Part shown: positions 17,226 through 26,333 of the stretch, one piece after another
Layout of the letters: every line of letters starts with the position of its first letter
Numbering within the stretch: position 1 is the stretch's first letter
IMG/VR virus record: IMGVR_UViG_3300023278_002686
Coordinates: 1-64,000 of that record
DNA: 64,000 nt
Direction: 5' to 3' (one strand)
From: a virus
Made by a program: the position numbers and the translations under genes
Notes under the pieces: model-generated
What the model was told of the DNA's origin: nothing
The model's database searches: none
Seen by the model: only the letters and a program-made list of their open reading frames with translations

Positions 17226-18298
17226 TTAGTTTTTATTTCGACTACCTCTTCCTTAGGTTTTCGTTCTACTATTATAGGTTCTTCAATTACTTCTTTAACT
17301 TTAGATTTACATATTTCTTCTGTAACTAAATCAACAATTTTGTTATATTGTTCTGGATTCTCTTTAAAAAGTTTAATAACGTTTTGTTTTCCTTGACCTA
17401 ATCTTTCGCCATTATAAGAATACCAAGATCCAGACTTTTCAATAAAACCAAATTTAATGCCATAGTCAATATATTCTTCAAAGACATTAATTCCTTCCCA
17501 AAACATAATACTCATCTCGTATTTTTTCATAGGAGGTCCAACTTTATTTTTAGAAGTTTTTATCCTAAATCTATATCCAATATTCTCATCTTTTTCAGTT
17601 ATAAATTCAATCTTTCTAATTTCTAATCTTGTTGAAGAATAAAATTTTAAAGCTTTCCCCCCAGTTGTCGTTTCCGGATTTCCAAACATAATCCCGATTT
17701 TCATTCGAATTTGATTTATAAATATAATAGAACATTTTGATTTTCCTAACTTTGCAGTAAGTTTACGGCATGCTTGACTCATGAGTCTTGCTTGTAATCC
17801 CATATGTGAATCACCCATTTCACCGTCAATTTCAGCTTGAGGAACTAATGCTGCCACAGAATCTATTATAATAAGATCTATTTGTCCAGAATCTACTAAT
17901 TCTTCTGCAATATCTAAAGCTTGATTCCCAGAATCTGGTTGACTAAACCAAACTTTATTCATATCTAATCCAAATGTCGTAGCATACTCAATATCTAAAG
18001 CATGCTCTGTATCTATATAAGCAACACGCCCGCCTTGTTGTTGAATATCTCCAGCAATTGCACAAGATATAGATGTTTTACCTGATGATTCTGGACCAAA
18101 AACTTCTACCATTCTACCTTTAGCAAATCCTCCACCGAAGGCATGATTTAATTTAGGTGAAGATAATTTCCATCTTTCTACTTCTACTAAATCTTCAATA
18201 CCATGTTTAACGATACCTACTCCATATTTTTTATCAAATTGTAACTTTAATGATTCGATATCTTTTACTACTTCTAATTTTACTTTCTTTGGTGACAT
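17222..18298 (-). CDS. recA: recombinase RecA
   Basis: GPESSGKT, DSVAAL, ARLMSQA, FINQIR, GGKALKFY. Confidence 0.97.
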   Translation of the reverse strand: MSPKKVKLEVVKDIESLKLQFDKKYGVGIVKHGIEDLVEVERWKLSSPKLNHAFGGGFAKGRMVEVFGPESSGKTSISCAIAGDIQQQGGRVAYIDTEHALDIEYATTFGLDMNKVWFSQPDSGNQALDIAEELVDSGQIDLIIIDSVAALVPQAEIDGEMGDSHMGLQARLMSQACRKLTAKLGKSKCSIIFINQIRMKIGIMFGNPETTTGGKALKFYSSTRLEIRKIEFITEKDENIGYRFRIKTSKNKVGPPMKKYEMSIMFWEGINVFEEYIDYGIKFGFIEKSGSWYSYNGERLGQGKQNVIKLFKENPEQYNKIVDLVTEEICKSKVKEVIEEPIIVERKPKEEVVEIKTK

Positions 18299-18310
18299 TT
18301 AAACTCCTTT

Positions 18311-18502
18311 TTATAATTTTCTTATCAACATTAAAATATCTTGAGTTATTTCATATAAACCATATCCAATTAAATGCTCTAATCCAGTTAAGTCTACATC
18401 AATATTAGCATCAAATTCTGGATCAGGAATACAATCATACTCATCAGCTATGTGATAAGCTTTTTCTAACTGTTTAAGTCTATTTTTAATTTTATTGTTC
18501 AT
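18311..18502 (-). CDS. hypothetical protein
   Basis: SD AGGAG; promoter TTGATA-N17-TATTAT at 18535-18563. Confidence 0.6.
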   Translation of the reverse strand: MNNKIKNRLKQLEKAYHIADEYDCIPDPEFDANIDVDLTGLEHLIGYGLYEITQDILMLIRKL

Positions 18503-18720
18503 TAAGATATCTCCTTTAATTAGTGTATATTAATATAATATGCAAAAATTAGTCATTTATCAATTTTTTTAATAGACAAATATAATGTATAATCATATTG
18601 AGTACTTTTATAATAATAGGATCTTTTTGATAATCTTCACTATCAATTAATAATTCATTATCTTCATAAATAGCTATTGATTTTTTCTTTTTATAAATAT
18701 TATATCTAGACATTATAATT

Positions 18721-18969
18721 CTATTTCATATAAGCATATTCTGTTAAAATAGTTATATCTGGTAAATTCTCTTTAGTTAATTTAATAATCAAGTCTTTAA
18801 ATTCAAGTTCAAATTCATTGTTTGAATTCATATCTAAAAACCAAATATTAAAATCTTTTAAATGTTTAGAAAGTTTACTATGATAATCTATCATATTAGA
18901 ATTTATTTTAATATGAACTTCCCCCTCAATACTAATGTTCCAACATACCATGTGTTTTAAATTATCCAT
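18721..18969 (-). CDS. hypothetical protein
   Basis: SD AAGGAG. Confidence 0.6.
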   Translation of the reverse strand: MDNLKHMVCWNISIEGEVHIKINSNMIDYHSKLSKHLKDFNIWFLDMNSNNEFELEFKDLIIKLTKENLPDITILTEYAYMK

Positions 18970-18983
18970 TTAATTCTCCTTTT

Positions 18984-19205
18984 TTAATCTTTAAAAATAG
19001 TTTTAAACATATCTTCCATATAATCATTATTATAATCTTTAGTTTTATTTTGACCTAATTGATAAGCTATTTTCATATTTTTATAATCTTTATATAGCTG
19101 ATCATATTTAAGTTGTAATAGACTTAATTGTTGTTCTAATTTATCAACTTTATGAACTTTTATTTTAATTTCTTTTCCACATTTACAATTTATTTTAATT
19201 TCCAA
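18984..19205 (-). CDS. hypothetical zinc-ribbon/coiled-coil protein
   Basis: CKCGK, heptad pattern. Confidence 0.5.
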   Translation of the reverse strand: MEIKINCKCGKEIKIKVHKVDKLEQQLSLLQLKYDQLYKDYKNMKIAYQLGQNKTKDYNNDYMEDMFKTIFKD

Positions 19206-19207
19206 AA

Positions 19208-19504
19208 TTAATCCTCAATATATACTAAATCATATTTTTCAGTACATTCTTTAAATATTTCTTTAATTTTATTATTCATTTTAATATAATCTTTTTTATA
19301 AGCTTCCCATAAAACTTCATGATAAAAACCTCGTAATTCTGTCAAAGTATCAAATTTAATTAAAGTTGATATCTTTTCATGATTACTTAATTCTTCATAC
19401 CAATGAACAAAATTTTCTAAATAAATATTTACAGATATATCTTTTTCTAAAATTTCACATTCAACAATATTAGTATCATTTTTTAATCTAAGATAAATCA
19501 CCAT
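19208..19504 (-). CDS. hypothetical protein
   Basis: SD GGGAG. Confidence 0.6.
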   Translation of the reverse strand: MVIYLRLKNDTNIVECEILEKDISVNIYLENFVHWYEELSNHEKISTLIKFDTLTELRGFYHEVLWEAYKKDYIKMNNKIKEIFKECTEKYDLVYIED

Positions 19505-19514
19505 AATAACTCCC

Positions 19515-19721
19515 TCAATCTTTTTCCTCTATATATCCTTCATAACTTTTCTGTATTTCAGATAATAAAGAATATTCTGGAAAATGTCCAGAAGTTTCAA
19601 CTATAAACGTTTTTCTTACTTTACCTTTTACTAAAGTAGGAGGAATACCAAAAGAAAAACAAAAAGTATCTCCATTTTTAATTTCTTTACCGTACATATC
19701 TTTAGGGTGTTTTTTACTCAT
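19515..19721 (-). CDS. hypothetical protein (YopX-like KD..GKEI..GD motif)
   Basis: KDMYGKEIKNGD. Confidence 0.55.
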   Translation of the reverse strand: MSKKHPKDMYGKEIKNGDTFCFSFGIPPTLVKGKVRKTFIVETSGHFPEYSLLSEIQKSYEGYIEEKD

Positions 19722-19741
19722 ATTAAATTCCTTATAGTAAT

Positions 19742-19770
19742 ATAATATATAAAATTTAACTATTTGTCAA
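19742..19770 (-). promoter_or_regulatory. sigma70-type promoter
   Basis: TTGACA-N17-TATTAT. Confidence 0.65.
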
Positions 19771-20293
19771 TTTTATATGCTTTTTTTCTAAGAGATTCAA
19801 ATGAGTTAAGACCTATAATTGTTTTCCATAGTTCTTCTTTTTCTTGAGAGTTCATATAATCGTTTGTAAAAGGATTTATATTATCATCTATAAGTCTATG
19901 AAAATATCTATATAATAGAACACAGTTGTTAGAATCGTACTTCATATGAGGAAAAGCACCTTTACCGAAGATGTGAGCTACGTCTAAAGTATAGAGTTCT
20001 CCAAACATCTGAGAGTCTATATAACTTCGTTCAGGCTGAACTAATAAAGAATATAATCTACATACTTTATCTCGATTTCTTACTATGCTTACTAATTTTT
20101 CATATTGAGTATCTTTATTTTCTAATTTTTGTTTTAGTTTTAATTTCTTTCGTTCTTGTGATTTTGTATATGCTTTATATCGAGTTTGTAATTGTTTATC
20201 ATTTATAGGTTTATTTCTAAAGCCAATGTCATTAATACATCGGCTATATTTATTATAAAATTCTATAAATTCTTCAAAATTAAGCATTTTCAT
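19760..20293 (-). CDS. HNH/NinG-like endonuclease
   Basis: VRNRD..C, DVAHIF.K, N.VLL...H...D. Confidence 0.6.
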   Translation of the reverse strand: MKMLNFEEFIEFYNKYSRCINDIGFRNKPINDKQLQTRYKAYTKSQERKKLKLKQKLENKDTQYEKLVSIVRNRDKVCRLYSLLVQPERSYIDSQMFGELYTLDVAHIFGKGAFPHMKYDSNNCVLLYRYFHRLIDDNINPFTNDYMNSQEKEELWKTIIGLNSFESLRKKAYKIDK

Positions 20294-20753
20294 TTTCTTT
20301 CTTTTGCATTGCTTGTAATAATCTATACATCTTATCTACTTTCTCTAATTCTTTAGAACTCATACCATCAAACATTTTTTCATAGTCATCCATTTCTTCT
20401 TGTTTTTTAGATATAGTTTCAGTAAAAGGAGAAGGAGCTCCTGCCGCTGGTTTGAATAAATCTGTAATTTGAGCCGTAGCGAAAGTAGATTGTTGTAGAC
20501 ATAATTTATATAGATCTTTAAGATCTCTAAATTCTAATTCTCCATTTTCAATTTTTTCTTTTAATTTTCTTTGAATTAAACTAGTAAGAGATTCTTTTTC
20601 TTGAATACAAAGAAGTCGTTTAGAAAAGAAATTAAAAATATCTAATTTAAGAATTTCTAAAGGATCTGTTTTTTTAATAAGATCTACTTCTTTATCTATA
20701 GAAGTATCATCTATTGCTTCTATTAATTGATTTATATCATCTGAATTATTCAT
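20280..20753 (-). CDS. hypothetical helical protein
   Basis: ORF with SD GGAG. Confidence 0.6.
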   Translation of the reverse strand: MNNSDDINQLIEAIDDTSIDKEVDLIKKTDPLEILKLDIFNFFSKRLLCIQEKESLTSLIQRKLKEKIENGELEFRDLKDLYKLCLQQSTFATAQITDLFKPAAGAPSPFTETISKKQEEMDDYEKMFDGMSSKELEKVDKMYRLLQAMQKKENENA

Positions 20754-20944
20754 TATTTATTCTCCATATTCTCTACTGTCATTACTCATTTCGATTTCCT
20801 ATTAAATATATTTACTATCCTACCCCAGAATAATTTTAATTTCAACCATTTAGGTGCTGGCATTGTAATTTTATTTCCAAAAATATCATGTGTTTTTCTA
20901 TAATTAGAAACATCCTTAAATAATATTCTTCCTTTTATATTCAT

Positions 20945-21343
20945 TTAGTTCTCCTTAAAAACAATATCTAATTGTTTTTTTAAATATTTGTTTATAGACT
21001 TAATTCGAAGTCCGTATTTAATTGGAGATATTTCAAAAGTGAATTGCTTTTTAATATCATTCCAATTCATTTGCTTTATTTCTTTATAATAATAACAAAG
21101 TGCTAAAATTATCACTTCTCGAAAGTCACTTTTTTTAGGAATACTAATATTTTTCCCATCAAATAAAGTTATTATTTTCACAAATGATTTTAAATCAATT
21201 AAATTATATAATCTTGTTATATCATTTGAATAGTTTGAATTTAAAATTATATTTATACAGTCCAAAATCATGTCAATTTCTTTTGATTCTTTTTTCTTAA
21301 ATAATTCGTCAATTCTATATTCTAATTCATTGTTATTATTCAC
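20945..21343 (-). CDS. Mor-like transcription regulator (putative)
   Basis: KIITLFDGKNISIPK resembles the Mor dimerisation motif; C-terminal HTH-like segment. Confidence 0.4.
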   Translation of the reverse strand: MNNNNELEYRIDELFKKKESKEIDMILDCINIILNSNYSNDITRLYNLIDLKSFVKIITLFDGKNISIPKKSDFREVIILALCYYYKEIKQMNWNDIKKQFTFEISPIKYGLRIKSINKYLKKQLDIVFKEN

Positions 21344-21347
21344 TAAT

Positions 21348-22154
21348 CTATCCTACTTTTAAATTTTCATGTAAATATTCTAAAAATAATAATCTTAAAT
21401 GCTCAACATTTTGTTTAACGTCTAATCCAAAAAAATCATAATAATCTTTCATAAAAGATTCTTTTTGATGTAAAGAATTTAAAAAAGCATTTATCGTAAT
21501 TATTGCTATCATATAATCATAATTTGATTTAATTGTATTAAACACTTTCCTAACAATAGAAACACAAGTATCTAAAATATGTTCAGATTTATTTAATACA
21601 TCATTTTCTACATTGCTAATAATACTTGATAAAGAAGAATAACCAATTTTATCAATATTGTCATAAATTTCTTTATTATCTTCTAATTCAAAATCTAAAG
21701 AATCATGATCTTCATCTTTTCTACTACCCCATAGAACACCTAATATAGGAAATCTTGAATATCCTCCAAAGGATGCCTCTATAACAAAATCAGGTTTTGA
21801 TAAATAGTATTCTATTACTTTAGAAACACAATCATGAGCTTTATCCTGTATCTGTGCTTTTGTATATAATAATTTACCTTTTATTGTTTTTTTAATTAAC
21901 TTTATAATATATATTTTTAAAATTGGATACATCTCGTTTAATACTTGAGGATCTCTATTTGCTGCTAAAAATTTATCCTGAATAATAAATAATTTACGTT
22001 CTAAATCTGGTTTATCCCAATAAGTATCATCACATTTAGGACATACTTTTGGTTTTTTTCCGAATGCATATTTAATTACTTCAAGACAATTTGAACATTT
22101 TAGTTCTTTTAACTTTTTAATAACCAATTTTTCCATAGAATATTCCCTTATCAA
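21348..22154 (-). CDS. zinc-ribbon + sigma-factor-like helical protein (putative phage sigma)
   Basis: CSNC..CPKC; region-2-like stretch QDKAHD..SKVIEY..F.GY, then SLD. Confidence 0.4.
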   Translation of the reverse strand: MIREYSMEKLVIKKLKELKCSNCLEVIKYAFGKKPKVCPKCDDTYWDKPDLERKLFIIQDKFLAANRDPQVLNEMYPILKIYIIKLIKKTIKGKLLYTKAQIQDKAHDCVSKVIEYYLSKPDFVIEASFGGYSRFPILGVLWGSRKDEDHDSLDFELEDNKEIYDNIDKIGYSSLSSIISNVENDVLNKSEHILDTCVSIVRKVFNTIKSNYDYMIAIITINAFLNSLHQKESFMKDYYDFFGLDVKQNVEHLRLLFLEYLHENLKVG

Positions 22155-22635
22155 TATATTTTATCATCACTTCTTCTAAATTAAAAGACTTATCTTTTAA
22201 TTTCATATCAACATATAAGTTTTCATACTGTAATTTTTCTAATTCTTTCTTTAGTATTGACTTTTTACCAACTTCTATTAGTTTAAGTATTAATTCGATA
22301 TCAAAAAAGAATAAATGAATATATTTTCTAGGTTCCCATATTCCAAGTATAACTGGAGTATAGAAATAACATCCTAATTCCCTCAAAGAATCTTTAATTT
22401 TTAAAAGATTTGTTTTTTGATGCTCTGCAACTCTTGCTAAACTAAATGCGCTATAACCATTCTTAGTTAACTTTGCTTCACCAAACATTATATATTTGTC
22501 ACAAAGACATATTTCATCAAATGGTCTTGGATTACTTGTTGTAGCAATTATTTTAGGTGGATCAGGGATTTTATATCCCCAATAATTTTTATTATAATTT
22601 GCAACTATGTATCTGTTTAAATCTGCTTCTTTCAT
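22117..22635 (-). CDS. RecU-like Holliday junction resolvase (PD-(D/E)xK)
   Basis: E..LN, RPFD, EAK, V.EHQ...L. Confidence 0.65.
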   Translation of the reverse strand: MKEADLNRYIVANYNKNYWGYKIPDPPKIIATTSNPRPFDEICLCDKYIMFGEAKLTKNGYSAFSLARVAEHQKTNLLKIKDSLRELGCYFYTPVILGIWEPRKYIHLFFFDIELILKLIEVGKKSILKKELEKLQYENLYVDMKLKDKSFNLEEVMIKYIDKGIFYGKIGY

Positions 22636-22682
22636 TTATTATATAGTCAGTCATATTACACTCCTAAAAATTTTTCATATTT

Positions 22683-22708
22683 AAAAAGCGGAGAATACAC
22701 TCCGCTTT
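22683..22708 (-). terminator. intrinsic terminator
   Basis: AAAGCGGAG-TGTATT-CTCCGCTTT followed by TT. Confidence 0.75.
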
Positions 22709-22731
22709 ATTTTTATAAAGTTTTATTCGAA

Positions 22732-24105
22732 TTAATAAGCAACTCCAGTATATGGGCATATTGTGAAAGTCATTGGAGCAAGATTTCCATTATTATCTTT
22801 TGCTATAGTAATAGGAATTCCATTCGTATCTATGGTAGTATATGTTAATTGACCATCATTACCTACTCCAGTAATTAAATCTAATTCTTCTGGAGTAAGA
22901 CTTGCGATTCCCTTATATACATTAGAATCCAACGTTTTAGGGTCAAATTTTTGTGCTATAGGCTCTCTTGATACCACAGGTCTTTCAACTACAGCTTGAG
23001 ATGGAGCTGAATGTACAGAATCTTTAATAATAATCGCTGGAGTTTCAGGTTGAACCGGAGTTTGAGCAGGAGTTTCTTGTTTTACAACAACTTGAGATTC
23101 ATTAGTATTAGTTAATTCTTTTTCATAAGTTTTTGAATCTTGTTCTTGATATCTCTTTTTTTCTTCTTCAGCTAATAAAGTTAATTCGTTAAAATAGGTA
23201 GTATTAAATGAAAGATCTACTGCTTGAATAAACTTACCTAAGTTTTTTAGAATTTTTTGGTATGAAGTAATTTTATAAAGTTTATCAAAATCATATTTTT
23301 TCCAAGTCATTTCATCTGGAATAATTTCAACTACTGAATTAACAAATTGAAGAGCATTGGGAAAATCTACTTGAATTTTATTTGCATCTTGAGTTGGATG
23401 ATATACTTTATACCAAGGATCTCCACCAAGTTTAAGACCAAGTACATCGTAAGAATCTATTGGACCATTATATGTAGCTATATCATCAAGTATTAAGTTA
23501 TACATTGTCTTAGCTACACCTTCTCTAGCATAAATACGTTCTTCACCAGTAGTAGGATTTTTCTTAATTGTAACTTTAGAAGATAAAACTTTAAATGATT
23601 TATTTTCTACATGCCATTGATAATTCATTCGATCAATAACATTCATACAAACTGAAGTAGTAGGAGCCCAACCCGATTCTAATGCATTATCCATTTTATT
23701 ATTTTTAAATACTCTACTAAATAATCCTGGATGATTATCTTTGTGTTGGAAAATTTTACTATTACTTGTATTATCCCAGTCATATGCTAATACTGTATTG
23801 AAAACTTTCCAAAGAATCCAATCTGAATTTTCATTCTTATCAGGCCATACACATCGAAAATTCTTTCCACCATCACCTAATATCCATGATACATTAACTA
23901 CTTTTGGATCCCAACCTTCATCTCTAACAGATAATGGTTTTCCAACAATTCTAAAAATAGCTGGATCTTTTTTAGATAATCCTAAGTAATGAATTGTCTC
24001 ATAATCTATAGGAGTATAACTTCCATTTTTTCGATTTTCTTCTTCTTGTTTTTCTTTTTTTCGAAGTGCTAACGCTTCTTCGAACGCTTTTTGTTTATCT
24101 GACAT
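22732..24105 (-). CDS. putative single-stranded DNA-binding protein (gp32-like)
   Basis: IFRIVG, NVIDR, KVL core pattern; low-complexity linker; own promoter and terminator in replication block. Confidence 0.45.
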   Translation of the reverse strand: MSDKQKAFEEALALRKKEKQEEENRKNGSYTPIDYETIHYLGLSKKDPAIFRIVGKPLSVRDEGWDPKVVNVSWILGDGGKNFRCVWPDKNENSDWILWKVFNTVLAYDWDNTSNSKIFQHKDNHPGLFSRVFKNNKMDNALESGWAPTTSVCMNVIDRMNYQWHVENKSFKVLSSKVTIKKNPTTGEERIYAREGVAKTMYNLILDDIATYNGPIDSYDVLGLKLGGDPWYKVYHPTQDANKIQVDFPNALQFVNSVVEIIPDEMTWKKYDFDKLYKITSYQKILKNLGKFIQAVDLSFNTTYFNELTLLAEEEKKRYQEQDSKTYEKELTNTNESQVVVKQETPAQTPVQPETPAIIIKDSVHSAPSQAVVERPVVSREPIAQKFDPKTLDSNVYKGIASLTPEELDLITGVGNDGQLTYTTIDTNGIPITIAKDNNGNLAPMTFTICPYTGVAY

Positions 24106-24223
24106 TCTATATGTCTCCTTTTTTGCCTGGACTTATTAGTCCTAATTTTTTTACTACAACGTAGCTTTTTTATATAGTCATAAGTATTACATAATATTCC
24201 TCCTTTTCGTAAATATATTAATT

Positions 24224-24252
24224 ATAATAATAAGTTTTTATGATAAAATCAA
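24224..24252 (-). promoter_or_regulatory. sigma70-type promoter
   Basis: TTGATT-N17-TATTAT. Confidence 0.5.
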
Positions 24253-24274
24253 TTCTAGTCGAAAATATTCTAAA

Positions 24275-25846
24275 CTATTCATCTGGAGGAAAATAAAGAA
24301 AATACCAATATAAATTTATATAGAATATATATAAAAACTTTACAACAATATTTATATAATAAATGCATGAGTATAGAGAAATTTTATATAATTTAAGTGA
24401 TTTATAAAGCATATAAACATTATTAAGGAAATAGTGTAAACAGAAGTTATTTTTTGAATTAAATCTATATGTATGTCCTTTTTTATTCTTAAGAATAGTT
24501 AATAATCCTGAGAGAAGCAAGATTTTGAAACATTTTCGAATGTTTTTAATTCTTAAATTTTTAGCAATTGTATTTTTTTCAATTGTATTTATATTTATAC
24601 CTTGTTCTAGAGGTTTATTTATATCTTTTTTATATTTACGAGTTTTTGTATAAAATGATTTTTGCCATACATTTTCATAAAGTAGTAAACAAGAGGTTAT
24701 TGTTCGATTATAATTTTTAGTTCCTATTTTACCTAAATTATTTTTTTGATAAGTTTGTTCTATTATATACTTAATCGTATCCCACTTTAAATCTGAAAAT
24801 TCTTTATCATAATCTCTTTTTAATTCTAAATAAGTATTGTCTTCTAATATAATAGGTTTAAACTTATTATCAGAATATTTTTTATTAAAATTAAGCTTAA
24901 TCCAATTCCAATATGATTCTATCATTATATATTTAAAATAAGATCCTTTTTGCATATCATATGAAGTTCCGTCATTCCAATATTCACATTGTTGTTTAAA
25001 TTTTTCTAAAGTAGACTTAGGATTATTTCTTAATAAGTAAAATCCTAATTTAAAAAAGAATTCATGTCTATCTCCTCTTCCATAAGAAGACGGAGTCCAA
25101 CTTGTTTCATATTCTTTATTATGATAATAATCAATAGTTTCATCTAATTGCATGTTAAGAAAATCAGTTAAAGATTGAGCAGAAATATTTGAAAGAATAT
25201 CATACATTATTTTAATAGGATGATCTCTATAAGTAATAAATTCGCCAGTTTCATTAAAATTTCCGCATAAAGAATAATCTTTACTGTAAGGTAGTTTTAA
25301 CCATCGTCCATTAGTTTTTATTTCTAAGTCTATTTCTTGAGTATTAAAACAATTTTCTATATTTTTTATAGTTTTTTCATTTAAAGATTTATCATATAAA
25401 TACATAATATGATAACCTAATCCATGTTTTTTCTTAAAAACTAAAATTTCTTTACCAAAATAATAAGTTAATATTCTATGAATTTCGTCAAATGATTTCT
25501 TTTTTAATTGAGGTTCATCTATATCAACCCATAATACATTAGAATTAGGATGTATTGGAAGACTATAATTTTTATTATGTAAAAGATGTTCACACCATAT
25601 AGCATGTGTTATACTTTTAATAGAAAATTCTGAATATGTTTTATTTTTAATTCTAATTTTATTAGAAGTATTATCATATCCAAATTTATTCTTTAAAGTA
25701 CTAAGTATATTAAAAGCTAATTTTTCAGAATAAGTTTCTTGATAAATTTCTTTTATCAAGTTTTTCCAATGAGTTATATTTTTATTTTTTGAATATACAA
25801 AACTTTTTTTATAAAAGCTTTCTTCTTCTTCTTTTGAGAAAATCAT
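24275..25846 (-). CDS. AEP/prim-pol-like replication protein
   Basis: WVDID, GYHI, LKLP motifs; PriCT-like G.GDRH..FF.LG. Confidence 0.5.
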   Translation of the reverse strand: MIFSKEEEESFYKKSFVYSKNKNITHWKNLIKEIYQETYSEKLAFNILSTLKNKFGYDNTSNKIRIKNKTYSEFSIKSITHAIWCEHLLHNKNYSLPIHPNSNVLWVDIDEPQLKKKSFDEIHRILTYYFGKEILVFKKKHGLGYHIMYLYDKSLNEKTIKNIENCFNTQEIDLEIKTNGRWLKLPYSKDYSLCGNFNETGEFITYRDHPIKIMYDILSNISAQSLTDFLNMQLDETIDYYHNKEYETSWTPSSYGRGDRHEFFFKLGFYLLRNNPKSTLEKFKQQCEYWNDGTSYDMQKGSYFKYIMIESYWNWIKLNFNKKYSDNKFKPIILEDNTYLELKRDYDKEFSDLKWDTIKYIIEQTYQKNNLGKIGTKNYNRTITSCLLLYENVWQKSFYTKTRKYKKDINKPLEQGININTIEKNTIAKNLRIKNIRKCFKILLLSGLLTILKNKKGHTYRFNSKNNFCLHYFLNNVYMLYKSLKLYKISLYSCIYYINIVVKFLYIFYINLYWYFLYFPPDE

Positions 25847-25858
25847 ATCTTATAATGT

Positions 25859-25887
25859 ATAATATAAAAAAATTATGAATTTATCAA
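25859..25887 (-). promoter_or_regulatory. sigma70-type promoter
   Basis: TTGATA-N17-TATTAT. Confidence 0.55.
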
Positions 25888-26276
25888 AGTTTCAGTTTTG
25901 AAAGATCTTTTATAAAATCATCTTGAGCTATTTTATTTTTTTTCCAATTTTTATCAACAACTTCTTGGTTTTTAATATCAAGTAATACGACATTTAAAGA
26001 TAAATCATTAGGATTATTTAGTAAATTTTCTTTTGAAAAATCTTTTTGTAAGAGATGTACTTCATCTTTAACAACATCTAATAAGAATGATTGAAATGCT
26101 GATATATTTTTATCGATGAATGGTCTATTTTTCGTAGTTAATGAATAAAGATATAACTTAAATTTTTCTTTTTCTTCAGCATGTTCTTCTTGATTATTAT
26201 TTACATAAAACTTATAGTAATATAAATTATGTGGTACTGCTAATATATATTTTATAGTATGATTTTTCTTTCCCAT
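25884..26276 (-). CDS. hypothetical protein
   Basis: first ORF of leftward arm. Confidence 0.6.
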   Translation of the reverse strand: MGKKNHTIKYILAVPHNLYYYKFYVNNNQEEHAEEKEKFKLYLYSLTTKNRPFIDKNISAFQSFLLDVVKDEVHLLQKDFSKENLLNNPNDLSLNVVLLDIKNQEVVDKNWKKNKIAQDDFIKDLSKLKL

Positions 26277-26293
26277 ATTAGTATAGTAGTGGA

Positions 26294-26322
26294 TTGATAA
26301 TTTATCATTTTTTTATTATTAT
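26294..26322 (+). promoter_or_regulatory. sigma70-type promoter at strand switch
   Basis: TTGATA-N17-TATTAT; -35 overlapped by palindrome TGATAA-T-TTATCA. Confidence 0.6.
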
Positions 26323-26333
26323 ATTAATATAAT

